Notes: a model not told the origin generated them from the letters alone. A DNA stretch of 64,000 nt from Vicugna vicugna (GCA_013265495.1 MU058059.1:2021502-2085501); one strand, 5' to 3'. Positions 1 through 13,184 are shown, counted from the stretch's first letter. Numbers and translations: made by a program.

Positions 1-149
1 TCTCTGAGAACTACATTCCCATGGCTCTGTTCTTATCACAAGAAAACCGAATTTGCACCCTATGACCTTATTCTACCCACCCCAACCCAGGCCATCACCC
101 CCTGTGGTTTGGCCAGTCACAGTCATAATCTGAGACCCTGCCTAGGTGG

Positions 150-275
150 CTGAGCTGAGCCTTGGTGCCATCTTGGTTTTTCAACCTTCCTTACTTCCAT
201 GGGCCAGTCAACTTTCCTTCTTCTTTAACTATTTTGAGTTGGGTTCTTGTCACTTAAAACTGAGTCCTGATGCAC
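150..275 (+). mobile_element. MLT1 (ERVL-MaLR) LTR 3' fragment
   Basis: ttttgagttgggttcttgtcacttaaaactgagtcctga resembles the MLT1 LTR terminus. Confidence 0.5.
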
Positions 276-469
276 TTTTTTATATTGATAGGCCTTCCAT
301 TACTGGTCACAGAGAATGGTGGGTGGTACCTGCTTTCTGATGCTTAATGATTTCTCAGAGTGCTCATAGCTTTTTACATGTACACATCTGAGTTTTCAAA
401 GAGTAACTGAAAAAGTACATTTAAATAGACAAGAAATTTGCACACACAAAAGGAGTGGTAAAAAAAAAT

Positions 470-665
470 GTAGAGTCAGATTGCCTAAGACCGAACACCA
501 GCTCCCACAGTTACCTGACTGGGTGATCTCTGGGAAGTTATTCCCATTTCCTGTCCTTAGTTTCCTCATCCATCAAATGAGGATACATAGAAGACCCACA
601 TCAAAAGATGAGAATGAAGGTTCTCAGCATAGTGCCTGGCATCAAGGAAGCATCCAGTGATTATT
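470..665 (+). mobile_element. MIR SINE
   Basis: Core ccttagtttcctcatccatcaaatgagg and tail agcatagtgcctggca. Confidence 0.75.
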
Positions 666-950
666 CTCTTTGATCACTGTCATCACCACCATCAGCAGGT
701 TAGGCAGGGACACGGCACAGCTGCCGTAAGAAGATGGGCAGATTTATCAGCAGAGTCTCACAAACGGCAGTTGGACAGATGGGAATTTTTCTCCTTTCTA
801 TTATTCATTTTCTTATTTATATGAAAGAAGCACAGGAGACCCGAAGAGGGAAGGCAAGCTAGGAATAGGTATCTCCCTGAAAGCCAAGGAGTAGATAGAG
901 ATGAACAGAAAACAGCGACCATGGCAGGGAATTGGTCATTAGGGAACTTG

Positions 951-952
<2 letters not shown>

Positions 953-986
<34 letters not shown>
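953..986. repeat. (GT)17 microsatellite
   Basis: Perfect dinucleotide run. Confidence 0.98.
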
Positions 987-988
<2 letters not shown>

Positions 989-1682
989 CCCTGAGGAAGA
1001 GGAAGCCAAATTCAGGGGAGGAGGGCTGGAAGACAGCTGTTCCCAAGGACATGTAAACAGCATCTGCCCCCCGGACCCTGCAGGACGTCCCTGCTTGCTA
1101 CGTATTTGTAACAAGATAAACCTTCAACAGGAAGGTTAGACTTTGAAATCAAGGTTTACAACAAACAGGAAATTTAAAGCTGGACATCAATTAGCTGAAA
1201 ATTAAGAAATAGATGTCCACAGAGATACCTGTCATGGTGTCATTTTCATCTGCCCTGGTCTGGGAGAAGATGCTGACAATCCATCAGTGTTATTGGTGCT
1301 TCCTTCTGTTTTTTATTAAGTTCTCCTTCTGTTCGGTCCCCATGGAAGCAGATATTCTACAATGTCCTGCTCTTTCAGTCCTCCGAGCACTTTTCTCCAG
1401 ATTTACCCCAAGACTCCCATCTTTTCTCATTTGATAACATCTTCTACATACCATTTATTGAGAAGCCAATTTATAGTCAAACAACTCATAAACCTGGCAG
1501 TGATCTAGTGGCAGAGAAAATATTCAAATATTATGAAGAAGACATTGCTAAGAAATCAGATTTGTGGTAGGAACAGACAGCATTTTTCCATCAAAAGCTC
1601 CGGTTTCAGGAAGTCATTAATCCCAGAAAGCAATGTTGGCTATTAGAAAGTCAGAAGATTTAAGATCAAAACTGTGTTTCTG

Positions 1683-2139
1683 CAAATGACAAATGCTGGA
1701 GAGGCTGTGGAGGAAAGGGACCCCCTCCTACACTGCTGGTGGGAATGCAGTTTGGTGCAGCCACTGTGGAAAACAATATGGAGATTCCTCAATAGACTAG
1801 GAATAGACTTACCATATGACCCAGGAATCCCACTCCTGGGCATATATCCAGAAGGAACCCTATTTCAGGATGACACCTGCACCCCCATGTTCATAGCAGC
1901 ACTATTTACAATAGCCAAGACATGGAAACAGCCTAAATGTCCATCAACAGATGACTGGATAAAGAAGATATGGTATATTTATACAATGGAATACTACTCA
2001 GCCATAAAAACCGACAACATAACGCCAATTGCAGCAACATGGAAGTCCCTGGAGAATGTTATTCTAAGTGAAGTAAGCCAGAAAGAGAAAGAAAAATACC
2101 ATATGAGATCATTCATATGTGGAATCTTAAAAAAAAAAA
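1683..2139 (+). mobile_element. Young L1 fragment (ORF2 C-terminal Cys-rich region) with A-tract and 16-bp TSD
   Basis: The translation [20 protein letters not shown]...[12 protein letters not shown]...[19 protein letters not shown] is L1 ORF2p. TSD caaaactgtgtttctg lies at 1667-1682 and 2140-2155. Confidence 0.95.
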
Positions 2140-2519
2140 CAAAACTGTGTTTCTGGAAAATATGAGCTACTTGAGTCTTGGACAGATCAATTGCCTTCTC
2201 TGAGCCTCGGTCTTTCTCCTCAGTACAATCTGAACGACAACATCGCCCACTAAAGCAGCAGTTACTGCCTCTGTGACCGCGGTGGTAACAACAGCTACCA
2301 CGTACTGCGTCTTGAAAGCACACCTGACACCTGTTATCTCCCATATCCTGCTCAGATCTCCAGCTCCACCTGTCCCAGGACTGCATCACGGCAGCTGAAC
2401 GAGACTGGAGAACCACACTGACCAGTATTCTCCATCGCATGCCCACAGCCATTAAAGCTGACCTTTAGAATTGCCTGGAAAACACAGGACCTGCTTTAAA
2501 CTCTCCACTTCCCACTGAT

Positions 2520-2860
2520 TGACCCCATCCTTTCAGAGCTCAGCTGTATTTCCCTCTGGCTGGGATACCCATCTCTTCCTTTTTCCTCCTGGTGAATGAC
2601 TGGTCATCCTTCAAGACCCAACTCAAACATCTGCTCCTATAGGCAGCCTTCTCTGCTCGGTCCGCTACTCACAGACAGGTTGCTCCTCTGTGCCGCCAAC
2701 GTATCTTGCAATGTAATCTCCACTGTAACCAATCTGTTGACTTTATTAACCTATTAAACAAAGAACTCATGTCCCTTTTAATTTTATTTTGTCTTAATAT
2801 TTCCCAGTGTCTGAAACCAAATATTTGTGGAAAATGACAATAATGTTGCATAATGTTGGT
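2520..2860 (+). mobile_element. L2 3' fragment
   Basis: tcatccttcaagacccaactcaaacatctgctcctataggcagccttctctg is typical of the L2 3' region. Confidence 0.6.
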
Positions 2861-3294
2861 GTATTCAACAAATGGAGTGATCTGGGCAGATCTGTGGAGG
2901 TATAGGTTCCTGCATTATGCTAAACGTGTCACATAAGTGACCTCACCTCCCAAGGTGGCAGAAGGTAAGGTAAGCTACTAAGTAGAAACAGAGTTCTTGT
3001 TGCAAGCAGCACAAGACGACTCTGGCCACTTCAAAGAAGGGCAAGTTAGCTGGGGAGATATTTGTGGGGTGGAGAGAAGGGGGTTCACAGAACACACAGG
3101 AGACTGGAGGATGGGGCTTGGAGAAGGCTTAGGAGCCAAGAGAGTTCCTTGGGCAGCAGGCCCAAGGCTGAGGTCACTCACCCAAACAGCACAGCGGACA
3201 CGGAGAGACGTGCCCGGAAAGCTGTCTGACCTACAGACATTTGTTTCATCTTTGTTTTACTGGCTCAACTCCACCCACCTGGGAAACCGGCAGC

Positions 3295-3334
3295 TGGCTG
3301 AGCTTAAATCCTGTGGCTGAGCTTAAATCCTGTG
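3295..3334. repeat. Perfect 19-bp tandem duplication
   Basis: tggctgagcttaaatcctg x2. Confidence 0.9.
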
Positions 3335-3739
3335 CCTGAAGTAGGGGTAGAAGAGGCACCCTCCTCTCATGCACAGCAGGAGTTCTGGCTGATGAGAAAT
3401 AGAGACAGAGGAGCACCCCTCCTGCTTCCTTCCATCACATACGCGGGAAGGCCCAGGGTCTCCACTGGAGAAGCGCGCCGTGCAGACACACCTGCCAAGC
3501 ACCCGCCACGAGCTCTTCCTGGCTCAAGCAGAAGCAGAACCAGCACCTTGAACCTGACCCTGATGCACCCCATCTCTCCCCCGTCTCTCTGCATTCTCCT
3601 CTTCTCTGTCGCCATGGATTTTACCTCCCAAACAGCATCAGCACCTTCCTCTTTGCCTCGGCATCTGTGTACAAAGATGCTGGGCTCAGAACAGACGCTC
3701 CGGAAGGGAGCAATTAGGGAGAAGGGGGAAGTCGGTTTA

Positions 3740-4270
3740 GCTAACGCAATGAGGCCACAGTGTGTAGGAAGGAATCTGAGCTTGAAGCAGAAGACATGTG
3801 ACGTTCTTAGAGATTCTCAAGCAGAGAAACAAGAGCAAAGTCTTTCTTGGGAAAAATCTCTTTGCTAGCAGCATGCAGAGAGAGTGGAATCAGGAGACAC
3901 AGTGACAGGGGTGGAGGCGAGGAGGGCAGAGAAGGGAGGAGTGGCAGTGGGAATGGGAAAGAAAGAATACAAAGAGATTCCAGAAGAAGGAATGTGACTT
4001 AGTCACTAACGAGATACAGATGATCAAGGAATTTGGGGATTTTAAATCTTCTTTCTGAAAACGGAAAGAATTGGTTAGATGGGAAGGTGAGCTGAGGGGA
4101 TGGACGTAACAAGCACAGTTGATTGTTGGAGTTCAGACGGTACCAGGCAGTCAAAGGAGATGCTGGAAAAACAGCTGGAAATTGGAGACAGAGAGAGAGT
4201 TCCATTCTCTCCGCGTGATCTCAAAGCCACAGACACGACAGAGTCTTGAAGTGTGAGGTTCAGAGAGAGA
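3740..4270 (-). mobile_element. L2 fragment
   Basis: Purine-rich gtggcagtgggaatgggaaagaaagaatacaaagagattccagaag pattern typical of antisense L2. Confidence 0.55.
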
Positions 4271-4464
4271 GGCTGTGAGGAGCTCAAGTGAAAACAGCCA
4301 AGGGGGAGCTCCTGGCACATGGTGGAAGCCTTTGGTGGAAAGGGGGCGCTGAATTCATGCCTGGGAGGTGAGAGTTGGAGTAACGAAGTTCCAGGAAGGA
4401 GTGAGGACAGAGGATGACACAATGAGCACTCCGGGAAGTTGTAGGGAAAGTGACACTCCCTTTG

Positions 4465-4588
4465 CTGAGCATTCACAGTGCCAGCCGCTTAATCCTCACG
4501 TGCCAAGTAAGTATTATTTCCCCATTAAGGGAAAAATGGTAAGTGGTTCAGAGAGGTTACCCAACTTGCTCAAAGTCACACAGCTCAA
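4465..4588 (-). mobile_element. MIR SINE
   Basis: tcagagaggttacccaacttgctcaaagtcacacagct. Confidence 0.7.
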
Positions 4589-4589
4589 A

Positions 4590-4790
4590 TGTCTATCAGT
4601 TATTTTTTGCTGTGGTCACAAATCACCCCTAAACTTAACGGCTTTGAGCAATCATCATTTATTCTCCTCCAGACGAGTCTAGAGGCTGGCAGCTGGGCTG
4701 GCTTGGAGGGGAGATTTTTCCGCTGATCTTCACTGGGCACATTCGTGTGTCTGCAGTCAACTCTCGGGTAGGGAACTAGGTGATTTACGG
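4590..4790 (-). mobile_element. MLT1 (MaLR) LTR fragment
   Basis: tcagttattttttgctgtggtcacaaatcacccctaaacttaacggcttt. Confidence 0.6.
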
Positions 4791-4999
4791 GGCACCACGG
4801 CCGGGATGCATGGAGCTAAACCGCAGGAGAACCGCATTGTCAGAGGATGCTAATAGATACAGTGAATTAGAAATCAAGAAATCTAGAATAAACCGAATGA
4901 GAATGAAATATCCAAAATAACAGGAATGGAGAGCAAATTGAGCGTGTGGTAGAGAGCAGCTGCTGACGGTATGCGGTGGTGACAATTATCAGAGCGAAG

Positions 5000-5230
5000 A
5001 GCTGCTGAGCATCTGCAGAGGGCAGGTGCTGCTCGGAGGCCTTCTGTGCATAATCTCCCCATCGAATCCTCACCACCACACAACCCGATGAAGCACCATT
5101 GTTCACTTTATCCTTCAATGAGGAAGCAGGTGCAAAATGCCTGGGGAGCTTAACCAAGAGGAATCCAGGCAGAGGGGTCAGGGGTTTGGAATTTGGAAGA
5201 CAGATCTGATTGAGTGATTTCAGTCTTGGT
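5000..5230 (-). mobile_element. MIR SINE
   Basis: cataatctccccatcgaatcctcaccaccac...aatgaggaagcagg. Confidence 0.55.
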
Positions 5231-5509
5231 GTAGATGTCTTACTGAGGACTAGTCTCAGCAGCTGAGCCCGCTGGACGCTGGCTAATGTAAAGGAAGAAG
5301 TTCTCAAGGGCAGCAGGGCAGGAACGATGAGGCTGAGATGCTGAAGCTCATGAACTTGGCTGCTGATGTCCATAAGAATAATGATGGATAATAAGGCAAA
5401 AAATAAAATAAATAAAGAACTACAGACTGAACGCTCCAGTAAAATACAGGATGTAAAAAGGTTATACAATAGTATGAAACAGAAAAGTAACAGACAGACC
5501 CAGGCAAGG

Positions 5510-5850
5510 ACGTATGGTCAGGATAGGCATAACTAGGCTGCATAACTCCCAAACCTCAGAAGATGAAACAGTGAAGGCACCTGGTCTCTCCTGACCATGG
5601 TGGGTGAGCAGTGGGCTCTGTTCACCCTTGTAACCTGGGGTCCATGACGGCGGCTTCACGGCAACACATGATTCCATCATCACTGAGGCTGCAGAGGAGG
5701 TAAATCACCTCCAGCTCCTCAAGTTTCCATTCCCATCGTTGTCGGCCAAGGCAAGTCGCCGGCCATGCTAACCTTGGTGGAATCCTACCCCGTGTCTGTA
5801 AGTGGAGGAGAACCAGAAGTATTCTGGGAAAGGGCGCTAATGACCTCAGA
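5510..5850 (-). mobile_element. MLT1 (MaLR) LTR
   Basis: tatggtcaggataggcataactaggctgcataactcccaaacctcag start and ggccaaggcaagtcgccggccatgctaacc motif. Confidence 0.55.
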
Positions 5851-7669
5851 GGATTTCCTGTGGACACCCTAGGGCCTGCTGGGAGACACGCAAGAACAAG
5901 AACACAGGGTGGTATAGTACAGGGACCCCGCCAAGTGTGAAATGGGGAGCAAGAGAGACAGCCGGGTGGCGAGGCCAGGTGAGGAGTGAGCAGAGCCCAG
6001 CCGGACTAGGATCAGAGCGCAGTCAGGGTCACTCTGCCCAAGGCAGCTGTGCAGACGGGGCTGCTGCAAACGAGATGCTTATTATTAGAGCAGCTTGGGG
6101 GGGGGGCTCTTGAGAGGCACCCCTCCCAGATTCAGGAATCTATTCCCTGTTGGGATGAGAAGATTCTTTTCCTTTTGGTCCAGACATTCTCCAAACGCGT
6201 CCTGGGACAAATTATTAGCAACTCAAGGGTGGAGTGAAACTTCACTAGGGATAAGTGAGGCTAACTTAAGTCACAGGAGTGACCAGTCAGGGTGTCCCCA
6301 GGACCCGAGTCAGCTGTTAACAGGTGTCTGAGCTGGGCTCATCACGACAGCTCTTCAGAAGGTTTCACTTTATTTCCTAGCAGCCAAGACAAGAATGAAA
6401 ACACTCAGGGTTGCAGAGTTCTCACTTTCTAATAAAATAGGACATGGACATTTATCTGCGAAGGCAAACGGTTAAGTGTAAAGAAATTCAAGAAAGAATT
6501 TATTATTTGTGGAGTCTCAGCATAATGGACTGTACTTTAAGTTACAGGTTTCACCTGCTCGAGTGTCCAGGGCCCAGCCTTCCACCTGGAACACGGTGGG
6601 GGCTTTTAGGAACGAAAGGGACTACTGTGATAATGAGGCCAGGGTTGTTTGGTTTTTGATTACCTACGTTCCTAAGGTATTTCGGACCTAAAGAAAGCAG
6701 AAGAATGCACTGATTCCATTTCTACTAGATTGCCTTTCTTGCACAGCAGATGTTTCAGGTGAGCCTCTACCAGATCTCAGTCAATTTACACCTGAAATCA
6801 TTCACAACTATCAGTAACACATCACAAGGAGAGAACAAAAGCTATGCGTCCTTCTATGACTCACCCATAAAGGGCTGTGCTCCTAAAGGCTAGACAGAAG
6901 CAGGGATCAGCCTAGGTCTATTTGAATGAAAACCACTGGTGCAAGGCAGGCTTCTTAAATTTCAGCACAGACATCAGAGATGGAAGCCAAACATATGTAG
7001 TGGGAAAAATAAATAGATGTCAAGAGCGAAGCAGCATATGCCTTTCCTCTCCCAGGGTTAGGTCAAAAACGTCCTCCCTTCAAAGTCAGCGTGACAACCA
7101 GAGCAGCCAAGGCTTGAAAACAAAATAACCCACAGGGAGGGACGGGCAGGAGGAGTTTAAAGAAGGTCACACACCACATGTGCCGGTCACAATGTCAGAA
7201 CTCGTTCAAGGGGAATTCAATCTAGTCTTCCCTGAATTGCCAGCTCGTTGAGCTGGAGAATTTGCTTGAAACCTGTCCTTTCATTGAATAGCTGCTTTTC
7301 AGTTACCATCCTACACCCTCTGGGTTCTCAGGAATGGTCCAACTGGTAGTTACCTATTCATGAAAGGCTGGACTTTTAATTACGAGATGGAGACTACATA
7401 CGATTAATTTTAAGGAGGACATCAGCGCTCTCCAAAGCTGTAGATCCGACTTTGGGCAGAAGACCGCTGGTTGCAACCCCACCCTCCTTCTTGCTAGCAC
7501 TCCCCTGGTTAATCCCGGTTAATCCTGATGCAAGACGGTCTCTGTCTGAGGGAAGCTGGGCTCTTCCCCACCCCAGGGCGTGAATCTTGATCAGCTCAGA
7601 TAGACCCGGAGAATTCTGTATTGTTCGCCAGGGACTGGCTTAAATACCGGCTCATGACTCATTCTTTTC

Positions 7670-8600
7670 TTCGTCCGCATTATGGAGGTACACCTCTAGA
7701 TAGAATAAAATCCAGCGATTTCAAGTGTACAGCTTGATAAGATCGACGAAAAGTAAACAGCTGTGTGACCTCTGCCGCATTCACGACATAATACGTTGTC
7801 CTCGTCTTTTTGCAGTCAGCTCCTTCCCCCACCTTCTAGAAACATCTGCCCTGCTTTACGTCAGTACGGATGAGCCTGTGCTGAGTCCCAGGGGTGGACT
7901 TGTAGGGTGCGCGGTCTCTGAGCGTCTTTTCTTCACTAAACCCAACGCGGTGAGACTCCTCCACGCTGCCGTGTGGTCTGGCCGTCGTTCCTCCGGGACT
8001 GAGCAGCTTTCCATGCCCACCCTGGGCGCCACGATCCACTTGCCATTTTGGAGGGCTTACAGATTCCTGGCTCATACGTGCAAAGCTACTGTGATGTTCA
8101 CAGTACAAATCTCGGTGTGGAAGTCACTTCTCCAGGAACAATCCAGCAGTGGGACTGCTGAGTTGTAGGCAGGGACGCGAGAACTCTTTAATAAGCTGCA
8201 AAAGTGCTTCCCAAAGTGGTGCCCCATTGACCAGGAGATTTCCAAGAGTTCCAGTTGCCCCATCCTCACTTGCAATTCGGCCCAGTCACTCTTTTTAATG
8301 CCCGTGCTTCTAGTCGTGGGATCTCAGTGTAGTTTAATTTGCATTTACCCGTGGTAACAAATGATGTGATGTGACAATGAGCATCTTCCCTGTGTTTACT
8401 TGCCATCTGTGTATCTTCTCTGGTGAAATGTCTCTTCAAATCTTTTGTCTCTCTTTTTTTTTTTTAAAAAATCAGTTTATCGTCTTAATATTCAGTTGCA
8501 AAAATCCTTTATATATTCTGGATATAAATTCTTTAGCAGGTATGTTTTAAAAACATTTTCTACCAGTCTCTGCTTATCTTTCCATTTTCTTTACAGTTAC
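7670..8600 (-). mobile_element. Old L1 (L1M-type) 3' UTR/ORF2 end
   Basis: ttcaagtgtacagcttgat...; tttaatttgcattt...gagcatcttccctgtgtttacttgccatctgtgtatcttctctggtgaaatgtctcttcaaatcttttg. Confidence 0.8.
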
Positions 8601-8614
8601 TTTTCAAATGAAAA

Positions 8615-8975
8615 GATTTTAATTTTTAGAACACTTTTAGATTTACAGGAAAAGTGAGCAGATGGTAGAGTGTTCCTGTATTACGCTCCCCTTCGCTTTC
8701 CCCTATTACTAACATCTTACATTATGGTATATGGGACATTTCTTGAAATTAATTAACCTATATTGATACATTATTATTAACAGAAGTCCTTATTTTATTC
8801 AGATTTTACCTCATGTCCTTTTTCTATTCTAGGATCCCAGCCATGATACCCTGTTACATTTAGTTATCGTGTTTCTTTAGACTGGGACAGTTCCTCAGAC
8901 TTTGTTTTGGAAGGACTTGACAGTTTTGAGGAAGCCTGGCCGGGTATTTTGTAGGATGTGCTTCTACTATGTTAT
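8615..8975 (-). mobile_element. L1MC-like 3' end
   Basis: tttagaacacttttagatttacaggaaaagtgagcagatggtagagtgttcc...cagttcctcagactttg. Confidence 0.7.
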
Positions 8976-9137
8976 CTGGCACATTCTATGAAATACGCTG
9001 TGTACTGAAATCAAATGAGGGAGCAAAATGAAACAAAAGAGCAAAACCTTCCCAAATAATAGATTTAGTCGTAATTATATTTTCATTTCAAACATTGGCT
9101 GAACAATAGATTGAAACCTCTATATACATAAAGGCAG

Positions 9138-9188
9138 ATATATACACACACACAGACACACACACATACACACACACATATATATATA
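9138..9188. repeat. Compound (TA)/(CA) microsatellite
   Basis: atatatacacacacacagacacacacacatacacacacacatatatatatat. Confidence 0.9.
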
Positions 9189-10739
9189 TTTCTGCTGCTG
9201 TTACTATGTATTTTTCTCAATTGATGGAAAAATCCTGAAGAGATTCCTCACATTTTGAAAGCAAGGATAAAGCATTTTATTTTGGAAGTAATAACTGTCA
9301 ACCTATTGTTTTCTAAATTAGGTATGGTCAAGAACACAATTCCTTTTTTGGAAAAAATATTCTTACAGCATATGAAGGAGCTGGACTTTGCTGGTCTTAA
9401 GAACCTACTCTAACAAAGCCACTTCTTTTCCCATTGTGTGTATAACTGGTTGAAACATGTCTACAGATCTGCTCTCAACGATGTGGAAAATGCGACAGAC
9501 AAATCACCAGGGTCACAAGCTAAGTGGGACTATTTCTCAACACCCAAGGGCAAGGAGGAAGAGTAACCAGCAGCCCTGAGCTCCAGGGAGCCTTGGATAG
9601 AGAAACAAGAAGACCTGGGACGGCAGACAGCAGAGATTCTGGCAGGAATGTCAACAGGACACAAGGAAGTAGGCAGCTGTGAAAGATCATCTCTGCCACA
9701 CAGATGATTAAAATGCAAGGGTCAGGACAGTCTCCCGCCTACGTTTTTATTTTTTTTTGCGGGAGAAGACAATTAGACATTTGAGAACAGTGGGCTTCCC
9801 AAAGATGCTCTTGGCAGGGAGGGGGCAGCCCATCAAAATGGCGGTGAGTAGGGCACTGAGGGAGTGAGCAGGGAAGGAGTTTCTCTGTATTTGAATGTGG
9901 AGACATGGACAATGGTGATGTGTTCTGTTACATTTTTTTAAAAACCCTGCTGAAATGGCCTTTTCTTCAGAAAAAGACTGCTCCATGCCCACCTGTGAGA
10001 GAGGAGCTTTGGGGAGTGAGGAAAGAGAGGTGGTATTTGGGGTGAGGAGGAGGATGGAGACCGAGGGAGGAGGCAGTGAGGTGCAAAGACCCAGGGGATG
10101 ACTGAGAATTCCTCAGAACAGATCCTCCGAACAGGAAGTTACCAAGTAACCGTGATGGCACCTTTCAGAGAAGCTCCAGAAGGGGTGGCAGGGCATGGGC
10201 TGGCTACCGTAGATGAGGTGGGCACCGATTTGTTTCAATGTGATCTTAGGAAGGAGTATGTGAGGACATCAGTGGGACAGACACTTGGTGCAATACATGT
10301 AAAAACCTCCTTATGGTTTGTCTGTTAACCTGGATCATACCTCATTGCTTTGCCCTTTGTGCAGTGCACAACCCTAACTTCCAGACTCTCTTTTTGGTTT
10401 GTCATTTACTCTGATCTTATGTCCGTTTGCATCTAATTCCATTGCCTATTACAGAGAAAGCAAAATGACTGTATTTTCTCACACACAATTCTGGAGGAAC
10501 CAGTTCAGGACTGGTGTGTAAATTCCATTCTCCCTTTGGGGCTTCTTTCTTGAAGGTCACCTCGTGGACCAGTGGTGACTGCTGGGGCTCCAACCAGCAT
10601 CTCTGCCTCCCTGGCTGCAGCAGGGAAGAGAGGAAGAGAAAACAAGGTACCTCTGCAGGCTCAGCTCCTGGCAAGTTATCTTTCCTCGAAGTCCCCACAT
10701 TTTCACTAACAGCTTAGGGTCAGACGAGGCCACGCCTGG

Positions 10740-11130
10740 CAGCAAGGGAGGCTGGGAAGTGTAGTCTGATGAAGTAGGAGGGAAAGGAGTAAAGGATGAA
10801 TGGGACCAGGATCTCTGGCTCAGGGATGCTGTGCTGTTAGCCAAAGAAGAGAAAACAGGAAGAGGAACAGATTTAAGGGGAAAAAACTGAATTCGATTTG
10901 GACGTGCTGAGGTTTGGGTGTCTGCAAGCTTATCTGAGGGGAGATGACTGACAAGCATTTGGGGATGTGGAGAGAGACAGGGGAGGAGATGTCATGTGTA
11001 TGTCATCAGATAGACCTGGAAGTTCAAGTTGCAGGTCTCGAGGGACTTGGGCTGAGGACAGTGCCCAAGGGGGCACCTGCAGTCAAGGAGAGGAGGAAGG
11101 AGCAGAAATGAGGCTGCCATTGGGATGGCA
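10740..11130 (-). mobile_element. L2 fragment
   Basis: aacaggaagaggaacagatttaaggggaaaaaactgaattcgatttggacgtgctgaggtttg. Confidence 0.65.
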
Positions 11131-11636
11131 CAGATCATACTTACTAAAAACTACACTAAACTAAAAAATGAAACATGATGAAGTTCCTTGTATATCAAAA
11201 AGCACAGACTTCTGAGTGTTCTGGAAAATTGCATAAACTCAAGGCTCTCTCCCCACAGTTTATTAGAATACATCTGTGTGAGGCAGATTCTCCTCAATAT
11301 AAAAGTGTGCCCAAACGCCTGTGTATGTCCCATACCTTCCCACGAGAGCAGAGCCGTGATCTGACCCACCGCAGCCCAGGGACCGCGCACGGTGGGCACT
11401 CAGTACTTGTCACATGATAAAATGTTGTTCCAGCCAAAAATCACTGTTTCCTCCCGTTACTCCTCCCAGTAGTTTTAAACAAAAGGCGCTATGGCCATGC
11501 AAAAGTCTTTTCTCATCCAGGTTTTATCCTAATCTGGAATAAATTACGTTGAACACGTACAAACAGAGTACATGCATTTTCATGGGAAAGAGAACTTGGT
11601 CTTTATGTGTTCTGGACCAGGAACAGTTTGTCCAGA

Positions 11637-11655
11637 GCGCCACTAGATGGCGCTG
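11637..11655 (+). promoter_or_regulatory. CTCF-binding motif
   Basis: gcgCCACTAGATGGCGCtg is a near-perfect match to the CTCF core consensus. Confidence 0.65.
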
Positions 11656-13027
11656 CTTCTCCATCCCGCAGGAGAAACCCGCCCCTCGGAGCCAGTTTCC
11701 AAACATCTTACCCAGTAACAAGTGTGAACTCCTGTTTGAGATCACAGAGTGACTCTACCGTTTCATTTGTCTTTAGTAATTGTCTGACTGTCACTAAACA
11801 AAAAAACACTGTCCCTCGATAAGGTGTAGCACACTCAGAACACCCTCAACCCTCAAGCCTCATCCCTGCCTTGGGTCCTTGCAAGGATCCCGGGACCGTC
11901 GCAGGAGCTGAACAGCTCCTCTTCCCCTTCGGTAGCAGACGCCTAGGATTGCCTTCCTTCCTCCTTTCCCATCTACTTCCTTCTTCCTCAAAACCCTACT
12001 GCCGTTCTACTACAGCCAGAGCCCTTGACCTCTCATCCTGGGGACCAACACCTTTCGTCAGCCACCTGCCAGACCCACTGCGAACACCTGGCCTGACTCT
12101 GGAAGCCACAGCCAGAGCCCTGGGAGCTGGAGTTCAGCTGCCTCCCTGGACCACACGGGGTTCTGATAAACACTGGCCGGCTGTCAAATGCAACAAACAT
12201 TCTGAACAAATGAACAAACTTCAACTAGTCTAGGTGTTAATGGTTTTGGGGGGACACGGGTGGTGGAGAACTTGGCCAGCAATCCTGACTACCCTATGAT
12301 GTTGGGGCCCCAAACCTAAAGGCAACAACTGACGGGGATCACAACTAGGTGAGGGTCTCACACGGTGAGCGCTGCCAACGGGGCTCTGAGGAAAACGCAG
12401 ACGGCAGGTGGTTCCTTCTTCCTGATGCTGGAAGGCTGAGGGGGGTCCTGCCCAGGAGCTGATGCTGAGCTGGAGCCAGGAAGGGAGGGGAGGGGAGGCG
12501 TGGGGAAAGCCCACAGCCACCATCGCCTGCAGCCCGACTAAGAAGCTCCCCAAGCCTGAGTACAGAGAGAGCAGGAGGTTGGCCCAACCGCAAGGTGGAA
12601 GGGACGGCAGCTGAGGATGGGCTGTGAGGGGCCCGACTGCCCCTCTCACACTGAGACTTCAACACCGAGCTACCGGGAGCCGGCAAAGGGTTTCTAGGTC
12701 TGTTACAGGTTGAATGTCATCTCCCCCAAAAAAGATATGACATCTTGACCCCAGTCCCTGTGAGTGTGCCCTTATTTGGAAAGAGGACGTGGAGAAGTGA
12801 TTGGCTAACGTAAATGAGGTCCAAGCCTAGTGTCCTCATAGGAGACGAGACACAGGCACACATGTGCGAAGGACCACAGGGACAGAGACTGGAGCCTCAG
12901 GGCTGCAAACCAAGGGATGTTGAAGATGGTCCCCAGACACCATTGGCTGCAGGAGCCAAGGAAGGATTCCCTGTGCTTCAGAACAAACACGGCCCTACTG
13001 ACACCTTGGGTTTTTCTCCCCCTTTCT

Positions 13028-13133
13028 AATTGAAGTCTAGTTGATGTGCAGTGCTGTATTAGTGTCTGGTGTACAGCACAGTGATTTAGTTATCCATATA
13101 TATACATATTCTTTTTCATTACAGGTCACTACC
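13028..13133 (-). mobile_element. Artiodactyl/camelid L1 extreme 3' UTR fragment
   Basis: Minus strand ...TAATGAAAAAGAATATG...CTGTACACCAGACACTAATACAGCACTG...ACTTCAAT; similar to the L1 ends at 32970-33080 and 51620-51730. Confidence 0.8.
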
Positions 13134-13184
13134 ATTTCTATTTCTATTTTGCAAGGGGAGCAAAGAATGTTGTCAGCTGCCGAT

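Noticed and set aside
1674..2165. 163-aa ORF as a host gene
   Set aside because: It is the L1 ORF2p C-terminus inside a TSD-bounded insertion and has a non-ATG start.
4867..5469. 200-aa minus-strand ORF
   Set aside because: Overlaps MIR and low-complexity sequence, with no coding-like composition.
9225..9566. Plus-strand frame of ~113 codons with one stop in AT-rich DNA (...FLQHMKELDFAGLKNLL*QSHF...)
   Set aside because: No homology recognised; such frames are expected occasionally across six frames of 64 kb.
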